Assembly: GCA_030324005.1 (NCBI GenBank)
Contig: JARDVH010000042.1
Coordinates: 64,037,167-64,101,166 of the forward strand
Length of the DNA stretch: 64,000 bases
Direction: 5' to 3'
Origin: Negaprion brevirostris
Lineage: Eukaryota
Part shown: positions 37,953 through 51,858 of the stretch, in pieces
Layout of the letters: each line of letters opens with the position of its first letter
Position numbering within the stretch: the stretch's first letter is position 1
Program-made: the position numbers and the translations under genes
Notes under the pieces: model-generated
Seen by the model: the letters and a program-made list of their open reading frames with translations, nothing else
The model's database searches: none
Told to the model about the DNA's origin: nothing

Positions 37953-38911
37953 GGGGGCGATTTTACCTTTTTTTCTAAGTGCTGGGCAGACTTGAAACTG
38001 GGAGAGTTTCAGATCCATCTTTTCGGAGTGTTTTCAGCCCGTCCCCACAACGTGCAGTCTGCCTGCAAAATTCTGAGTGAGCCTGTTACTTGCTGCTGAA
38101 GCCATGGGGTGGGGATTAATGGGCCCAAAAGACTGCCGAGGGAGGTTGTGCACATGTGCAGCCCTCTGATGCTGCACATGTGCATTAGCAGTAGCAGGGG
38201 TCTGACAGAAAAGAGAGAGCTGTCAGGCCCCTGCTAGTGCAGGTGAAGCAGCTCCTCCCCTGCAATCGTGGGGCTTGCAGCCAGAGATACAGCCCCAATG
38301 ACCACCCCCACTGTCCAGAATGATTATGGACCCCTGCCCTCTCCCACCGATCGTGGCTGTGCTGCCCTCCCGCCACTGATCATTGCAGAGTGGCAGTGGG
38401 CCCCCACCTCAACTGGCCCTGCCCCAATGACCCCTTCCCCATTATCTCCCCCGTTAGCCCCACCTCTTGGCATTGCAAAGTGGGCATTGCCCAGGAGCCA
38501 GGTTGGCACTGCCAGTCTGACACTGCCCAAGGGGCACTCCCTCACCATCAGCCTCCCCGGGATGCCTCAATGGCCTCCCATTCCATCCAAATTGACTGCT
38601 TCTCATTCATGGGGAGCACGTCTATTCCTCGCCAGTGAGAACCTTTCCTGGTGAGTTCATAAAGGGGGGTGAGCCTGGATGATTGAGCACTGGGCTCGCT
38701 AAGCAGATGTTAAACTGTATTTAAATAAATTTTCATACAGTAAGCCAATTCTGGTGAGCATCTGACCACGTCGGAAATCCAGCACTCGTAAAATGGTGCT
38801 GATTGTGAAAACCGGCGCCAATCACGAAAACTGGCACCAATTGCTTTACGCCCCACTTTATGACTGTGTCGCACCCGAAAACAGGCACAATGCGATAGTA
38901 AAATCACCTCC
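37953..38911. mobile_element. Complete ~1-kb Harbinger-like MITE
   Basis: TIRs GGGGGCGATTTTAC / GTAAAATCACCTCC. Confidence 0.85.
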
Positions 38912-41149
38912 TAAGTCTGGATCACATGACACACTTCCACTCTAGTAATGTCATACTGTTGTCATATCCCTTAAAGGCAAATCACAACATTCCCTTGCTT
39001 TTTAAAAATACTTTCCCACATTCCAAAGAAGCATACCGGCTACAAGACATGTTCCCATTTAGTTACCATTCCTTTATGTAAGTAAATAAAACTCATGAAT
39101 CTATAAGTTTCTAAAGCATGAAAGTAACCTGCTGGTAAACCCAGATGTTGTGATGCTATCCTCGTCTGGTTCAGACATATCTGGTTCAAGAACCCATACT
39201 TCTGTATGTTGGTTGAATTCAAACAGTACTTGGGTTGAGTCAGTGCAGCCACTTTTATCTTATTTCTGAATTCTACCCATGTACAAGTTGTGGTAGGAAC
39301 ACACCTCAAAGTAATGGCAACTTTGTTAATTTATTTTTCGTTCAGCAACTCCTGAAGCCGCCTATTATAATTGCAAACTCCTCTATCCCGATATATATTA
39401 TGGTTTCTTTGTTTTTACTTGTTTGGCTCTCCCTTACTCACACTGAACCAGGTCATACCCTGGTCACTCACCTTTTAAGAACATAAGAACATAACATTTA
39501 TGTTCTCCATAGTGACAATCCTGCATTTTCAAAACTCCCCACAGTGCGACTTAATTGTGGTCCGACCAATGCGTTTAGGGTCTTCTCATGCCACCCAGAA
39601 TGATCTAAGGCAGTTTTCTATGTCATACTTTTATTTGTTCATGAGATTTGGACATTATTGACTAGGCCAAAAATTATTGCCCATCCCTAATTGCCCTGGA
39701 GATGACAATGATGTACTGTCTTTTTGGACTGCTGCTGTCCACTTAATCTTGCTGTAACTTGTCTTACCACCCCTGATCACTATGATGTCTGATGAAAATG
39801 ATAGAATACTTTGGGCTCATTTACTGTACAAGACACAAAGCAACAATCGCTCATGTGGGATTGGATGAACACTTTGTGCTCATTTATTAAGACAAGGAAC
39901 ATGAGAACAATTATACATAAGTATACAGCTTGAAGATATCAGAGCTGTCTGTGTGCTCTGCTCAAAGCAAAAATGAAACAAAGACTGGAGCATATAACGT
40001 ATTTCCCTCCTAGTGACATCATGTTGATGTCCCTAACTGGCATTTGGAACTGAGGCTTTTTCAGGAGACATGGGTCACATCTCCTCAGGGGTGAAAGTAC
40101 TCTTCAGCATTCTAAAGTATGGAGAATCAAATATTAAAGTGTGTAGGGAACACTATAGTTTGATATTCACATTTATTTAATACTCTGACATCATCTGAGC
40201 TTTGAGGCACTCTTCCTGACCCACTAAGCATAGTAAAAATGTATTCAGCAGATAGCTGACTTCCTTGACAAGTTGGTTATTTGTTCAACCTACTTTAAAG
40301 GTTTCATTGCATTCAAAGAGCCTTTATTGACAGCTAAGCAGTGGAATCTCACTTGAATTCTTGACTCATTTCCAAAATTGGATGATGGATTCAGCTCAAC
40401 AATGGATTTGTTACTTTGCTGTGAAAGGACTTTTCAGTTTTGTTAAGTTACAGATATATGAGCTTTTAATAATTTTCTTTCTTTGCAGTGGGTTTTCAAT
40501 GCCTGTTTGTTTATTTGAACAAAACTAATGTGTTTTAAGAGCGGTAAAACTTAATTCCATGGCTATATGATTGGTTGTGTTTAATAGTTTTCTGAGCCGC
40601 TGAGAGAATTACGTTTCTTAAGATGTTTATAAATGCATGTTTGTTTATTGTGATAGGTTCATGAGTATTTCAAAAACTTTGCAGGGTTATTATAGAGTTC
40701 ATTTGTGCTATACCTAGTGGTTTGAAAGGGGTAGAGTTAGCATGGATTGGGTGTGGATAGTATGTAGAAACATGGGGTATATGGAGCATATAGAGATGAT
40801 ACAGAAGGGGCATCGGTGTGCATTGAGGGGTGAGAGCTACCGGCCCAACAATAATGTTGAAACCTAACAAATGTCTCAGCAGACAGAAGCAAAATTTCAA
40901 CCTGCATGCTTCAGCATTTGCCCCATTCCATTGTCGCCATGGGTCTACTTCAGGAGGCGATTGGCCCATCTCCAACCAGTGGGTGCCTCCTTAAGATGAA
41001 AAGAAGATGGGAAGACTCAGTTAGGATGAATGTGGAATCTCAGAATCAGGAGAATTTCTGATTCCTAACTCTCACCTTGAAGACAAAAAGTAAGCCTTGG
41101 GGTCCAAACATAGGTGAGACATGATTATTGCAGTCTAATTGTGGACATC

Positions 41150-41650
41150 TGGAAGAGGATAATAAGTCCTCTCATTTTTCCCTGCAAACAGTGCTGGTTG
41201 GCACTTACCTGTTCCAAGTCTTGTCACCAGCCAGCTTTCCCAAGTCCTGGGAAACCACTGAAACAGAAAAAATATGTGAAATAGGCTGCATTACAGGCCC
41301 AACTCGGTAGAACAGCTTTAACATCTGTACCCCAGCACTTCTCATTAACACTGTGGGCTCATTGAGGTTGGATTTACCATTTCTGAACATTTATCCACCC
41401 CTGCCTCCTGGGATTTAAAATTCCTCCAGTTGATTGTGAACATCGATATTCCTAAATAAAAATCATTGCTCACGGTGTTTGTCACATCAGTCAATGTGTT
41501 ATCCAAATGGAGTTCACTTTTACTTAGCAGGACAAAGATTAGCAAAGTGCAGTCTGTTCCCAAAGGGTATATCATAAGTACATTAGACAAACCTATTGGG
41601 GTTTGCATCCCTATTTGCATTCATTTCTCTTACATGACTAAATCTGAGCT
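41150..41650 (-). mobile_element. Old LINE endonuclease remnant
   Basis: Minus-strand LHLDNTL, a GDFNVHN-like DVHNQ motif, EMVNPT. Confidence 0.45.
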
Positions 41651-42224
41651 GGTCTTAAAGTGCTGTAATCTAGAAATTACTTCTCGTCCAAGGTCCAAAG
41701 ATATTGCACAATGCAGTTGATTCACTATTATGTGACAAACAAAAGAAAAAAGATTGCTGAGGGAAAATGTCAGATGTTAAAATTTTTTTTTACTTTAAAA
41801 CAGTACGTTAAGAGTAATAATGTCAAGATTTTCAGTGGTCTTGGGTGTGAAAACATTACATTTATACAGTTAGAGAATGGACCAACCCATTAGTTATATG
41901 GTCATGTTCCTCAAACCACTGTATGTTTTGTTCAGGACACAATTGTACAGGCTGGCACACACAAAACTGAGAGTCAAACAGAAACCTTGTGCCTTTGTGC
42001 TGTAATATAGTAGCTAGCACAGCCTTCAAATCAATGATATTTTAAGGATGCAGTGTTTTAATATATTTTGTTTGATAATGTCACGTCACTTTTTTTACAA
42101 ATATATATTCCTTACCTTTCATTTAAAATTCAACTTGTGTGTCTTATATTTATCAAATTAAAATAATCTGTACATTGAACAAATGTAATATTGTATTGTA
42201 AAATACATTTCAATAGATATTGCA

Positions 42225-42670
42225 CTAATAGCTGGAGCTGTCATCACATGGGCATTTGCTCAGCAGGGAGGCATAAACATTACTGACAGCCAGTATTTTG
42301 TTAAGGGACAGTAATTTCATTTAAACGTCTGTCAGTTCTCAGGGATGCATGGAGATGAATAGACTCTAAACAATAGCCGCATTTGTCACACCACCGGCTT
42401 CCCTAATACTCGATGGGACAATCAGGCTAAACCATGCTGAATACAAAGGCATAATTAATCAAACGGACAAATGGCACAAATTGTTCTAGTGTGCATTATA
42501 GTGGTCTGGGATTTCCATGGAAACACTGGCTTCAGCATCTACGTTAATGACCACTGTTTCTAATCAAGTGCAAAACATAGTGAGTGGAGCTGTCAGGTAG
42601 AATCATGTAACAGTTTTTGAATTGTGTCCCACTATTAAAGCTTTCCCTTTGACAAGATAATACTTGGCAT
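42225..42670. promoter_or_regulatory. Candidate Meis/RFX-rich conserved element
   Basis: Four TGACAG/CTGTCA hexamers (42238, 42284, 42329, 42590), near-perfect X-box ATTTCCATGGAAAC (42511), TAATTA, ACAAAG; a higher-GC island within very AT-rich flanks. Confidence 0.45.
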
Positions 42671-43743
42671 AATCTTTTCAACACTGTATTTTAAATAAAT
42701 TATAAATTAATACATATGTCAACGTAAAATATTATAAGATTAATAGATAATATATGTATTGTCTAAATATGTCATCATTCGTTCTCTTTTATAATTATAT
42801 TTGTAACAACTTTGTAAGATTCTATAAATCCATGACTAAGCATTGTGAAAATAGTTGTACAATGTTAAAATTATTAAAAGTAGTGGTATCATACATTCAT
42901 TCACATTACCATGATAGGGCTCCTTTTGCTCATTTGCAATAGTAGATTTTGATTAAGCTCATATACAAATTACCTTCAGTCCAAGGCAAAGCAATTTTCA
43001 ATGGTAAAATTCACAGCTCACTTTGCCTCTCCTATTTTATCATAAAACAACAGATATAGGTGGGCATGACAGATGCTGTATCATCACATTCCAGCTGCAA
43101 AACTGCAGAAAGCCGCTGAAAAGATGATCAGGTTAAAATTGAAAATCAATCAGAAATGTATTTCTCATATGGTAGATGGATTAACAACTGATGAACCTTT
43201 CATGTTTATGACAGCAATCACACAGTGACCTCAGCCTGTATTTTTGAGTGCATTTAAGATTAATTCTGATTAGATCAAATCCCACGAAAGGTTAAAGAAT
43301 TTCCATCTGCAAAAGTATTGCTGGGCACTGTATTGCAAGATTTCTACCTACTATTTGAAAAAGGTCCAAATGAATTCCCGATTGAAATGTTGACACCCAC
43401 ATTTTGTTGCCATCAGTTTAAAGTCAGATATCCACCGCCCTTCCCACACACACAATAGTTATTAAAAAAGAGCAACACAATATGGTCTGTCTGACTGCAA
43501 GTCAACATGTTAACACATTTGTTTTACCAGTTAGCATTGGAAAAACTATCAGTTGCTAGTGATTTACATTAGTAGCCTTAAGCGAGATTTGATTTTATTG
43601 GGAATCCTATACAATTGTGAATGATTGATAATGTTTTTAGTCAGCAGTAAAATTGTGAATTTCAGGGTTTTATGCAGGTTTTAAATCATGCACTGTTGGC
43701 TCTGAGCAGTCAGGATCTCAAATACGTTGCAATGGAACGTTAA

Positions 43744-44789
43744 GGGTGGAATTTTACAAGATTTTTTTCTAAGTGTCAGGCAGGTGTGAAACTGGGAGAG
43801 TTTCAGATCCATTTTTTGGGCATGTTTTCAGGCCCAAGCTTATGCATTCTGTCTCTGGAACTTTGGACTAGTTTGTTTCAGGTCATAGAGGCAATGGGCA
43901 GAATTTAACTCACCAGACAGCTGTAGAGGGAGATATTGTGCATGTGCAGACCTCTGATGCTGCACATGTGCATTAGCAATAGCAGGGTCTGACAAAGACA
44001 GAGCTGTCAGGCCCCTGCTACTGCAGGCAGCCTCAAGTAGCTCCCCCCACACAATCGCGGGGGCTCGCGGTCCAAGATTCAACCCCCATCGAGTCCCCCA
44101 CTACCCAGACCTGACTGCGGACCCTCACCAATCGCGGATCCCCTTCCTCCCTCACCTATTGTGGATATCCTCCCTTCTTTACCGATCATGGACCCCCTCC
44201 CTCCCTCACTGATCGTGAATCCCCTCTCTCCCTCCCCCACTGATTGCGTGCAGCATGTCAGTGGGCCCCCCCACAGGCCTCGCCTCCCACAGATCCAACC
44301 CCTATTATCCACAACCCAGCACTGTCCCTACAGGCCCCACGCCTGTTGGCCCCATTCCTGACACTGCTTGGTGGGCATTGCCAAGGTGACAGGGTGGCAC
44401 TGCCAGTCCAGCACTGCCTAAGGGACACACCTGCTTTGCACCCATTCTCCCCAAGTGGCCTCAATGGCCTCCCAGTTCCACTGGTGAGGTCGACATGACT
44501 GTTCCCCATTCATGGGGAATAGCTGTTTTATTCGCTGGAGAGGTTCTCTCCAGCGAGGCATAAAAGCAAATGAGCCTGGACAAATAAGTGCCGGGCTTGC
44601 AAAACACATTTTAATAAATATTTAAATACACTAACCAGTTTCTCACCCATTTCCAGTGAGAGGCTGAAACCTGGCTGCCATAAAATCCCGCTAGTCACAA
44701 AAACTGGCACCATTCACGCTAGCCACATTACGCCCGATTTTACATTTACCCGCTGCAAAATGGGAATAAAGTGGCTGTAAAATCTGCCC
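43744..44789. mobile_element. Complete ~1-kb Harbinger-like MITE
   Basis: TIRs GGGTGGAATTTTACA / TGTAAAATCTGCCC; flanks TAA/TCA. Confidence 0.85.
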
Positions 44790-45688
44790 TCAGTATCACC
44801 ATATGCCAAGAGCATCTATTTAATTGTTAGTAAATGTAAAAGCATGAATAAAAATTATTGTAAATTACTTAAGTTTGGATTGTCTATTCTCCAAAACAAT
44901 TGCCTTTTTAGAATTTTTTTCATAGTGTTATATGTTGCTTTAATTTACTTACAATAATTGATGCTACATCTGATGCATGTATATGATGTTGGATTACAGA
45001 AAATAAGTGTTAAGGAAATTTCAAAGTGAGAACTTCAGGGTTAGAGTTCAACTGCATCTATTTAGTACCTCTAACATAAAAGAATGACCCAAAGGAATTC
45101 ATCAGAGAGTAATCAGGCTAATATTAACATTGTGTTAAAATAGGTAATTTCTTCTTCTGTATTAATTTCAATGTAGAGTATTAAATTCATAGAACCATCG
45201 AGCTGTAGAGTAATTTGGGACAAGGTTAGTAGTNNNNNGTTAGTAGTCATATGGAATGAATGTGGGTTAATTAAGGAAAACCAGCATGGATTTCTTAAAG
45301 GAAAGTCAACTTGCCTGAGTTTTATGAGTAGGTTGGTGAGGACAAAACTGTTGATGTGGTGTACATGGACTTCCAAAAGGGTTAGATACGGAGTCACACA
45401 ATGGATTTGTGAGCAAAGTTAATAGCTTATGGAAGAACAGGGAGAGTAGCAACGTGGGTAGGGAACTGGGTGTGTCACGAAACAGAGAATCGTGGTTAAT
45501 GGATGTTTTTTGGGCTAGAGGAAAGTTTATAGGGAAGTAGTTTTGGGATCCTTCCTTTACTTGCTATCTCTTAATGAAGTAGACCTTGGTATACAAGACA
45601 CAATTTCAAAGTTTCTGTGTGATACAAAGCTTGGAAGCTGTGAAGAGGATTGTGTAGAAATTCAAAAAAAACGTAGGCAAGTTGGTGG

Positions 45689-46572
45689 TGTGGAAGGGGA
45701 TTTCTAACTAGCGAAGATTTATAGGCGGAATGCAGTCTTTCAGAGGACAAGAAGTCAGCAAAGAGTTAAATGAATACTGGACAAACTAACACATGATGTG
45801 GATATGCCGGCGTTGGACTGGGGTAACAAACTAACACAAACAGCTTACACATATGTGAATGCAGTAAATGAGTCAAAACAAATAGTTATGATTTTTAAAA
45901 ATGTACGTTGATATTTTAAATGTATTTCAATGTATTTAGCCAAGAATGATAGTAAAAGTCATTCCCTTAAAACCAAAGGTTCTGGGAATAGGTCAGTCAG
46001 CAAGTTTTATCAGGTGGTATTCCTAAGAGGGTACATATTATGTAACATTATGAATGGATGTAATCGTTGCCCAGATATGAACTTGGACATGGGAACATGT
46101 TTATTCAACTTGGCAGTGAGCTGGTGGGAACATCCATTTTGACCTTGTAGTAGTGTCTGCCATCACCAAGCGACAGGGAGTTAGTGCCAAGAGGGGAGAC
46201 TATGTCCAGAATCAGTTGGACGAATAAGATGCCACCATACTATTAGGTATCTTATTGTTGGCTGAAGTACTTGTCAGAGATTTGTATTGATGTATAACTG
46301 TTAAATGGAATTGATTTTAAGCTAATGAAAGGCAGAAGTATTGATTAAGGAAAAATACAATTGATCTGAATTGTAATTCAGTTCTTCCGGTGAAATTCTG
46401 TAGCTCTGCCTGTAGAGCTGTTTAACCCTTTGTGAGACTCTGGTCGGCTGTACATTTGTATTGCCTTGTGTTTTAATGTTTCATGTTAAATAAATTTGTT
46501 ATGTCTTTTGCATAGAGATATTTGCCTTAGTTCCAAACACAATTGGCTACCTTTTGAAATTTCCCCACAACA
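45689..46572 (+). mobile_element. 884-bp solo LTR (Gypsy-type)
   Basis: TGT..ACA termini with imperfect IR; GTGG TSD at 45685-45688 and 46573-46576; AATAAA near 46489; CR1 resumes exactly. Confidence 0.85.
45794..45825 (-). mobile_element. 32-bp Penelope micro-insertion
   Basis: Similar to 7156-7185; perfect 13-bp TSD acaaactaacaca at 45781-45793 and 45826-45838. Confidence 0.85.
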
Positions 46573-47285
46573 GTGGAATGGGCAGAGGTGACAGATGAAG
46601 TTCAATGTGGAGAAATGTGAAGTGATACATTTTGATAGAAAGAACATGGAGAGACAATATAAAACACAGCTGACAGCACTAAAGTGGGATCAGGATCAGA
46701 GTGATCTGGGTATACATTTGCATAGGTCATTGAAGGTGGAAGAACAGGTTAGAGAGCAGTTAATAAAGCATACGGTATCCTAGGCTTTATTAATAGGGGC
46801 ATAAAACAAGACAGTAAAGAGGTTGGGCAAAACTTTACAAAAAAAATTCTAATTGCTGAACAAGCATGAAAATGGGAGAGAATCAGACTGATTTCTTTTG
46901 AGTGAGCTCCAAATTGCAATCTTCTTGCTCGCGGGGAAGCGGGGGCACGGAGCCTAAAGTTAGCTGCTGAGCACTTGGGGTGCCATTGTGCAGGCACCCC
47001 GATCTCTCAGTGAACTGGGNNNNNNNNNNNNNNNNNNNNNNNNNNNNNNNNNNNNNNNNNNNNNNNNNNNNNNNNNNNNNNNNNNNNNNNNNNNNNNNNN
47101 NNNNNNNNNNNNNNNNNNCTCCAGTATCTCTGCCACATATCCATGTACCTTGCACTGTATGTCCAACATCTTATACCTAATAGACAACTCCAGAGGCTCA
47201 TCACCAGCCTGGGGTTCAGCATTTAAATCCTCTTCAACACTCTTCTAACTGCCAGAGTTCTGCACTATCCCAGTTTCACAGCTGG

Positions 47286-48861
47286 TCTTGTGACTGCTAC
47301 TGATGTTTCTACTGGACATTAGGTTCCAGGATGGAACCCTGATTTATTAAACCATAAATTTTATTTTTTGTTTAAGAGAGGAGGATGAACAGTCACAGGA
47401 CTGGCAATTAACTTTTAACAAAAGATTAAAACATTTATTAAACATGAAAAGTTTGACTATAATACAATACTCCTTTAACCCACCTATATCCTCATTAGTA
47501 CACAGTTTTTAAGGATAACACAAGTTACAAAATATATTTTAGAGTATAATGTTCTCGGTAAGTAAACAGTCCTTGTACACTAACAGGCCAACTGTGGTTA
47601 GACACACCACACTCTGAAACTGAATGGCAGACACCAGACAATACAACTTCTGTGGATTTCTCATCAAATCCACCGCTATCACCCACTCCNNNNNNNNNNN
47701 NNNNNNNNNNNNNNNNNNNNNNNNNNNNNNNNNNNNNNNNNNNNNNNNNNNNNNNNNNNNNNNNNNNNNNNNNNNNNNNNNNNNNNNNNGGGATTAGTGG
47801 GTATAATATGTAGGGATATGGGGGTAGGGCCTGGGTGGGATTGTGTTTGGTGCAGACTTGATGGGCTGAAGGGCCTCCTTCTGTGCTGTAGGGTTCTATG
47901 GTTCTAACCGGTTTCACTGGAACTCTGATTTCCCCATGAGTGTTTCCAAACTTCATTCTTGTAAAACACATCTTCGATTCTTCCCCCAAACAGTGCTTTC
48001 TTTAGGATGCCTTCACCAAGGGTCCATTTCCAAGATTTTGATCTCCCCTTTCAGTATTCCACTGCCACAAAGTTTTTTTTTAGTTTAGTTAGAACATCAT
48101 GATTTGTGCAAGCTTGAAGGGCCAAGGGGCCTGTTCCTGTGCTGTACTTTCCTTTGTTTGTTGTTTCTTTGTTGAGTTGCCATGTGCCTTCAAGTTCCCA
48201 AGCAATTTCTCACATACAAAGCCATACCAACACAACACCATTGATTTACAGGCTGCGTAAAGGTCACCAACTTTCTGATTACTTTGGACATCTGGCTTCT
48301 TACTCGTCAACTTTGCAAGATCTGCACCTTTCAGCTCTTGTCTTTAACTGGGAGCCTTTCTCTGCCCCTTTAACTTCAAACAAGAGTATCTTTTACCTTG
48401 TTCAATTTCTAGTTCGTTTTGTCCCTTGACTTCAGTTCTCCTGGAATTTCTCATTCATTCTCTGGTTACTAAAACTGTTTTTTCAGCTTCTGGGACTTGC
48501 TTTCTGCCCATTATTCCACTGTCCTATCTGTCTGCTGACAGTTTCTATTGGATTACTTTCTTCTCAGATACCTGATTCCAGATGCTTATGTATTTCAGTG
48601 TGGGGCCCCTGGTTGCTAGGCAACAGTTGAGTCTTTCTTTAAACTCTATTTGTTTTCATGCTGTAAACTCTTTAATTACAATGAAGGCAGTTTGAAATGA
48701 AACCAAAACAAATAGGCATGCAGCCCTCTTTGTTTAATATGAGCGAACTGAAGTCTTAATCCTTTCCAAAAATTAAACTCACTTAAACTTATACCTTTTT
48801 TCTAATACAAATATAGATCTACACAAATACAGTTATAGGTTACTTAAAGCTACCTCTCACA
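47286..48861 (-). mobile_element. Probable long solo LTR with nested SINE/CR1 tails
   Basis: Ends TCACA, starts TCTTGTGA (decayed TG); CTGG on both flanks; reverse poly(A)-signal-like TTTATT near the left end. Confidence 0.5.
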
Positions 48862-50419
48862 CTGGTGTGAGCACGGCAATGGATAGATCTGTTTGAACAA
48901 GCTTGCACACACTCACTGAAGTACTTGTATCTAGAATGGTACTAGGTGTGGACCAAGGATGTATAAGGTTTCCTCCTTTTCCTTCTGGGGCTAGTAGATA
49001 CAGATGCTGATGTGGGAGAAACAAACTATGAACTTGAAGGGCAACATCATCACTTGAGAAGACTTTAGAGAGACACGCTTCTTCAAAAACACACAAGCAC
49101 CAATGGGAGATGGTAACCAAGGTTTCAGCCTCAGCCCCTTTGACATTGAAACACACATTCATCCCCAGATTCTGAAAACCTGCAAAGCCCAAAGCCATTT
49201 ACAGAACTGTAGCCAGACCCTTTTGATGACCCCATGTCTACTCATTACCTCTGAGAGTTGAAGGGTTAAAGAGTTATAAGTCTTTTCCTAAACACTTTTT
49301 ATTCAGAAGAAGAATCAAAAAGATGTGTTTAAATGGTCTTTCCTCACTGGCAAGGGTGCTGAATTGCACGATAGTCAACAACATTAAAAACAAGTTCTTA
49401 ACTGCTGTTGCTCCAGTAGTTCATTTGGATTTCCAAGTCTTCTTGCTCCAAGCTTCTGCCTCCTGGCCACTAATTGTTATGTCTAACAATGACCAATTTC
49501 TGACTGACAACCTGACCCCTCACACACCAGATAGCTTGCCCTGGAACTCTGGCCGGATGTACTGTTCACTGTTCTTGTTGGGTGTTGACTGATTTTCCAA
49601 AGGGCGGCTGCTAATTGGTCAATAAATACTTTATTTAGTGACTTTAAATGGGGAAGTGTGAGGTGATGAACCATTCACTTCCAGGTCAGACACCTGCCAC
49701 TTGCCCTCTGCCAATAAAGTATAAAACTCACCCCACCCCTCTCTTTTCAAGCCAAAGGATTTCATTTCAACTTCTTTTGGTACTTTCAAACATTTGTCTA
49801 TGCACACTTGCAAGTTTCTCTATTCCTTCAATTCCTTTAAAATAGCACCAGTTAGTTTAGTTCAAGTTCAAGTTTCAGTTCATTTATTAGTGTCATAAGT
49901 AGGCTTACATTGCAATGAAATTACTGTGAAAATCTGCTGCTTTGCCTGTTCTCATTCTTCCTACCAAAATGCATCACTGCACACTTCACTGTATCAGATT
50001 GTATCTGCCATTTCTTTGCGCACATCATAACTAGGTCCAAGGCCTACTGAAGCCAGTAACCATCCTTCACAAAGTTTACAATAAATTGGAGAAAATGTTT
50101 TACATGTTGGACAAAGAGATTGATATAGTGGGCTGGAGATTTCTGTGAACATCAGAGAAATTGTAGGACAGATCTTCCATTCAAGCATTCATTCTTGCTA
50201 GCAGCTGACTAAATTTGCTTTGGATGAAAAGTGGACCTTAGTTATTATGAATAGTGTGTTTGGAGCCAATTCCTGCTTCTGATTAATTGGTGTGATACTT
50301 CTCTCTGAAGCACTATCATCTTGAGGTAGGTTTGCATGATAAATGGAATAAAATGGATTCTTTACTGCTTTAAGGAAATGCCACATGAATGTAGATCAGA
50401 TTAACTTTTTCAGCCCTAT

Positions 50420-51520
50420 TTTCAAGTTCCAGGGTTGATCCTGACCCAGGCAAACTTGAAGATGTGTAACACATGCCTAATTGGCAGGATAAAGACAACT
50501 TGCAGAACTAACTTAAATTTTTTCGTATGCAACTTTGCCAATAAAGCGTCATCACTTCGGGAACTGCTAAGCAAGGATGTTCCATGTGCATGGCAGGAGG
50601 GCTATCAACATGTGTTTGAAGCACTTAAACCAGGATTGGCAGGAGAGACATGTGGTTTACAAAACTGCAACTCAAGAAAAGAGATGATTTAGAGGTCAAC
50701 ACATTTCAAAAAGTGCTAGGAGCATGCATCATGCAAGATGGCAACCAATTACATTTGGTTCTAAAAGACTATCACAAGCATAGTCCAATTATTCCAGTGT
50801 AGAGCATGATATCCTTGCTCTGCTTTTCAGTATCTCAAGGTTCTACATACAGCTATTTGGGTAAATAATTCATTGTGGGAACTGACAACAAGCCACTGGA
50901 AATGAGTTGGTGTAAGCCACTGATGAATGCAACTACAACTTCTGATTAAAAAATATAGGGATACAACGTCCATGTCTATACAAACTAGGCAAGAAAATGG
51001 TTGATACAGACATATTGAGCAAAGTATCCAATCTAAAGACTGCAGTTATTTTACTAAACTTACAAGTGAATGGCACAGAGATTTGAAGTAGATGATGCAC
51101 TCAATGTCGATATATGTTTTAGTCAACACAAACGGAATCACCTTCAGGAAGAAATGATTGACGACTGAAGGCATTATGGAGAATTATAGTAAAAGGTGGA
51201 TCTGATATGATACAAGAAGTGCCAGATCACTTTAGATACTTTTTTGGCCATACAGAGAAGAGTGAGATATGTCAAGAGATATGATTTTCAAAGAAAAACA
51301 GGTATTTATAACCAAAGCTCTTCCCCAGAACAACTTGTCCCAGTTATACCAGGGACATATGGGCATGGAGTGAACAAAATGCCTGGCAAGGGAAACTGTA
51401 CTGACCAAGGATCAATAATGATATTGAGAAGCTAATCAAGGTGTGCAAAGCATCTCAGAGGCCTAACTACATCAACACAAAACACCTTTACAACTTTATG
51501 AGATTCCACTGTATTCTTGG
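50420..51520 (+). pseudogene. Gypsy pol remnant (RT connection, RNase H, integrase Zn finger)
   Basis: PDPGKLED, LRELLSKDVPCAWQE..FEALK, LGACIMQDG, NYSSVEHDILA, TDNKPL, INNDIEKLIKVCKASQ; many stops. Confidence 0.9.
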
Positions 51521-51529
51521 TCGAAAACT

Positions 51530-51858
51530 GCAACAGGTTTACTTACTGTCTGTGACAATAACTTCACCTGAGTCACTGATTAAGTCTGGCCATGAAGCTG
51601 GAGACCATTTCTCCTTGCTATCTAACCACAGAATGAAATTTGTATCTTTGCATGATTTTGGGGGTTATAGTGATCTTTAAGCAAATTGACTAACTGGTCA
51701 AAAGATTTTGTGCCCAGAGTTTCTGGCGATGTTCGGTCCCTCACCAAGTTGTGAGTCTGCTGGTTGCACACTGTGAGTGGTATCATCTTTTGTTTTTCCT
51801 CGGCTACTATTTCATTTGCTATTAAAATATACCACAGCCTCTCAATATAAAAGGTCAT
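51530..51858 (-). pseudogene. Gypsy gag N-terminal remnant
   Basis: YIERLWYILIANEI..EEKQK..LTVC..KSFDQLVNLLKDHYNP. Confidence 0.85.

Larger units (their letters stand above)
45238..46823 (+). mobile_element. CR1 RT fragment interrupted by a solo LTR
   Basis: NQHGFLKGKS, VDVVYMDFQK, then MKFNVEKCEVIHF after the insert. Confidence 0.85.

Noticed and set aside
48960-49850. Possible ZNF862/hAT-like zinc-finger remnant (TLERHASSKTHK)
   Set aside because: A single short motif with no TIR, TSD or catalytic motifs found.
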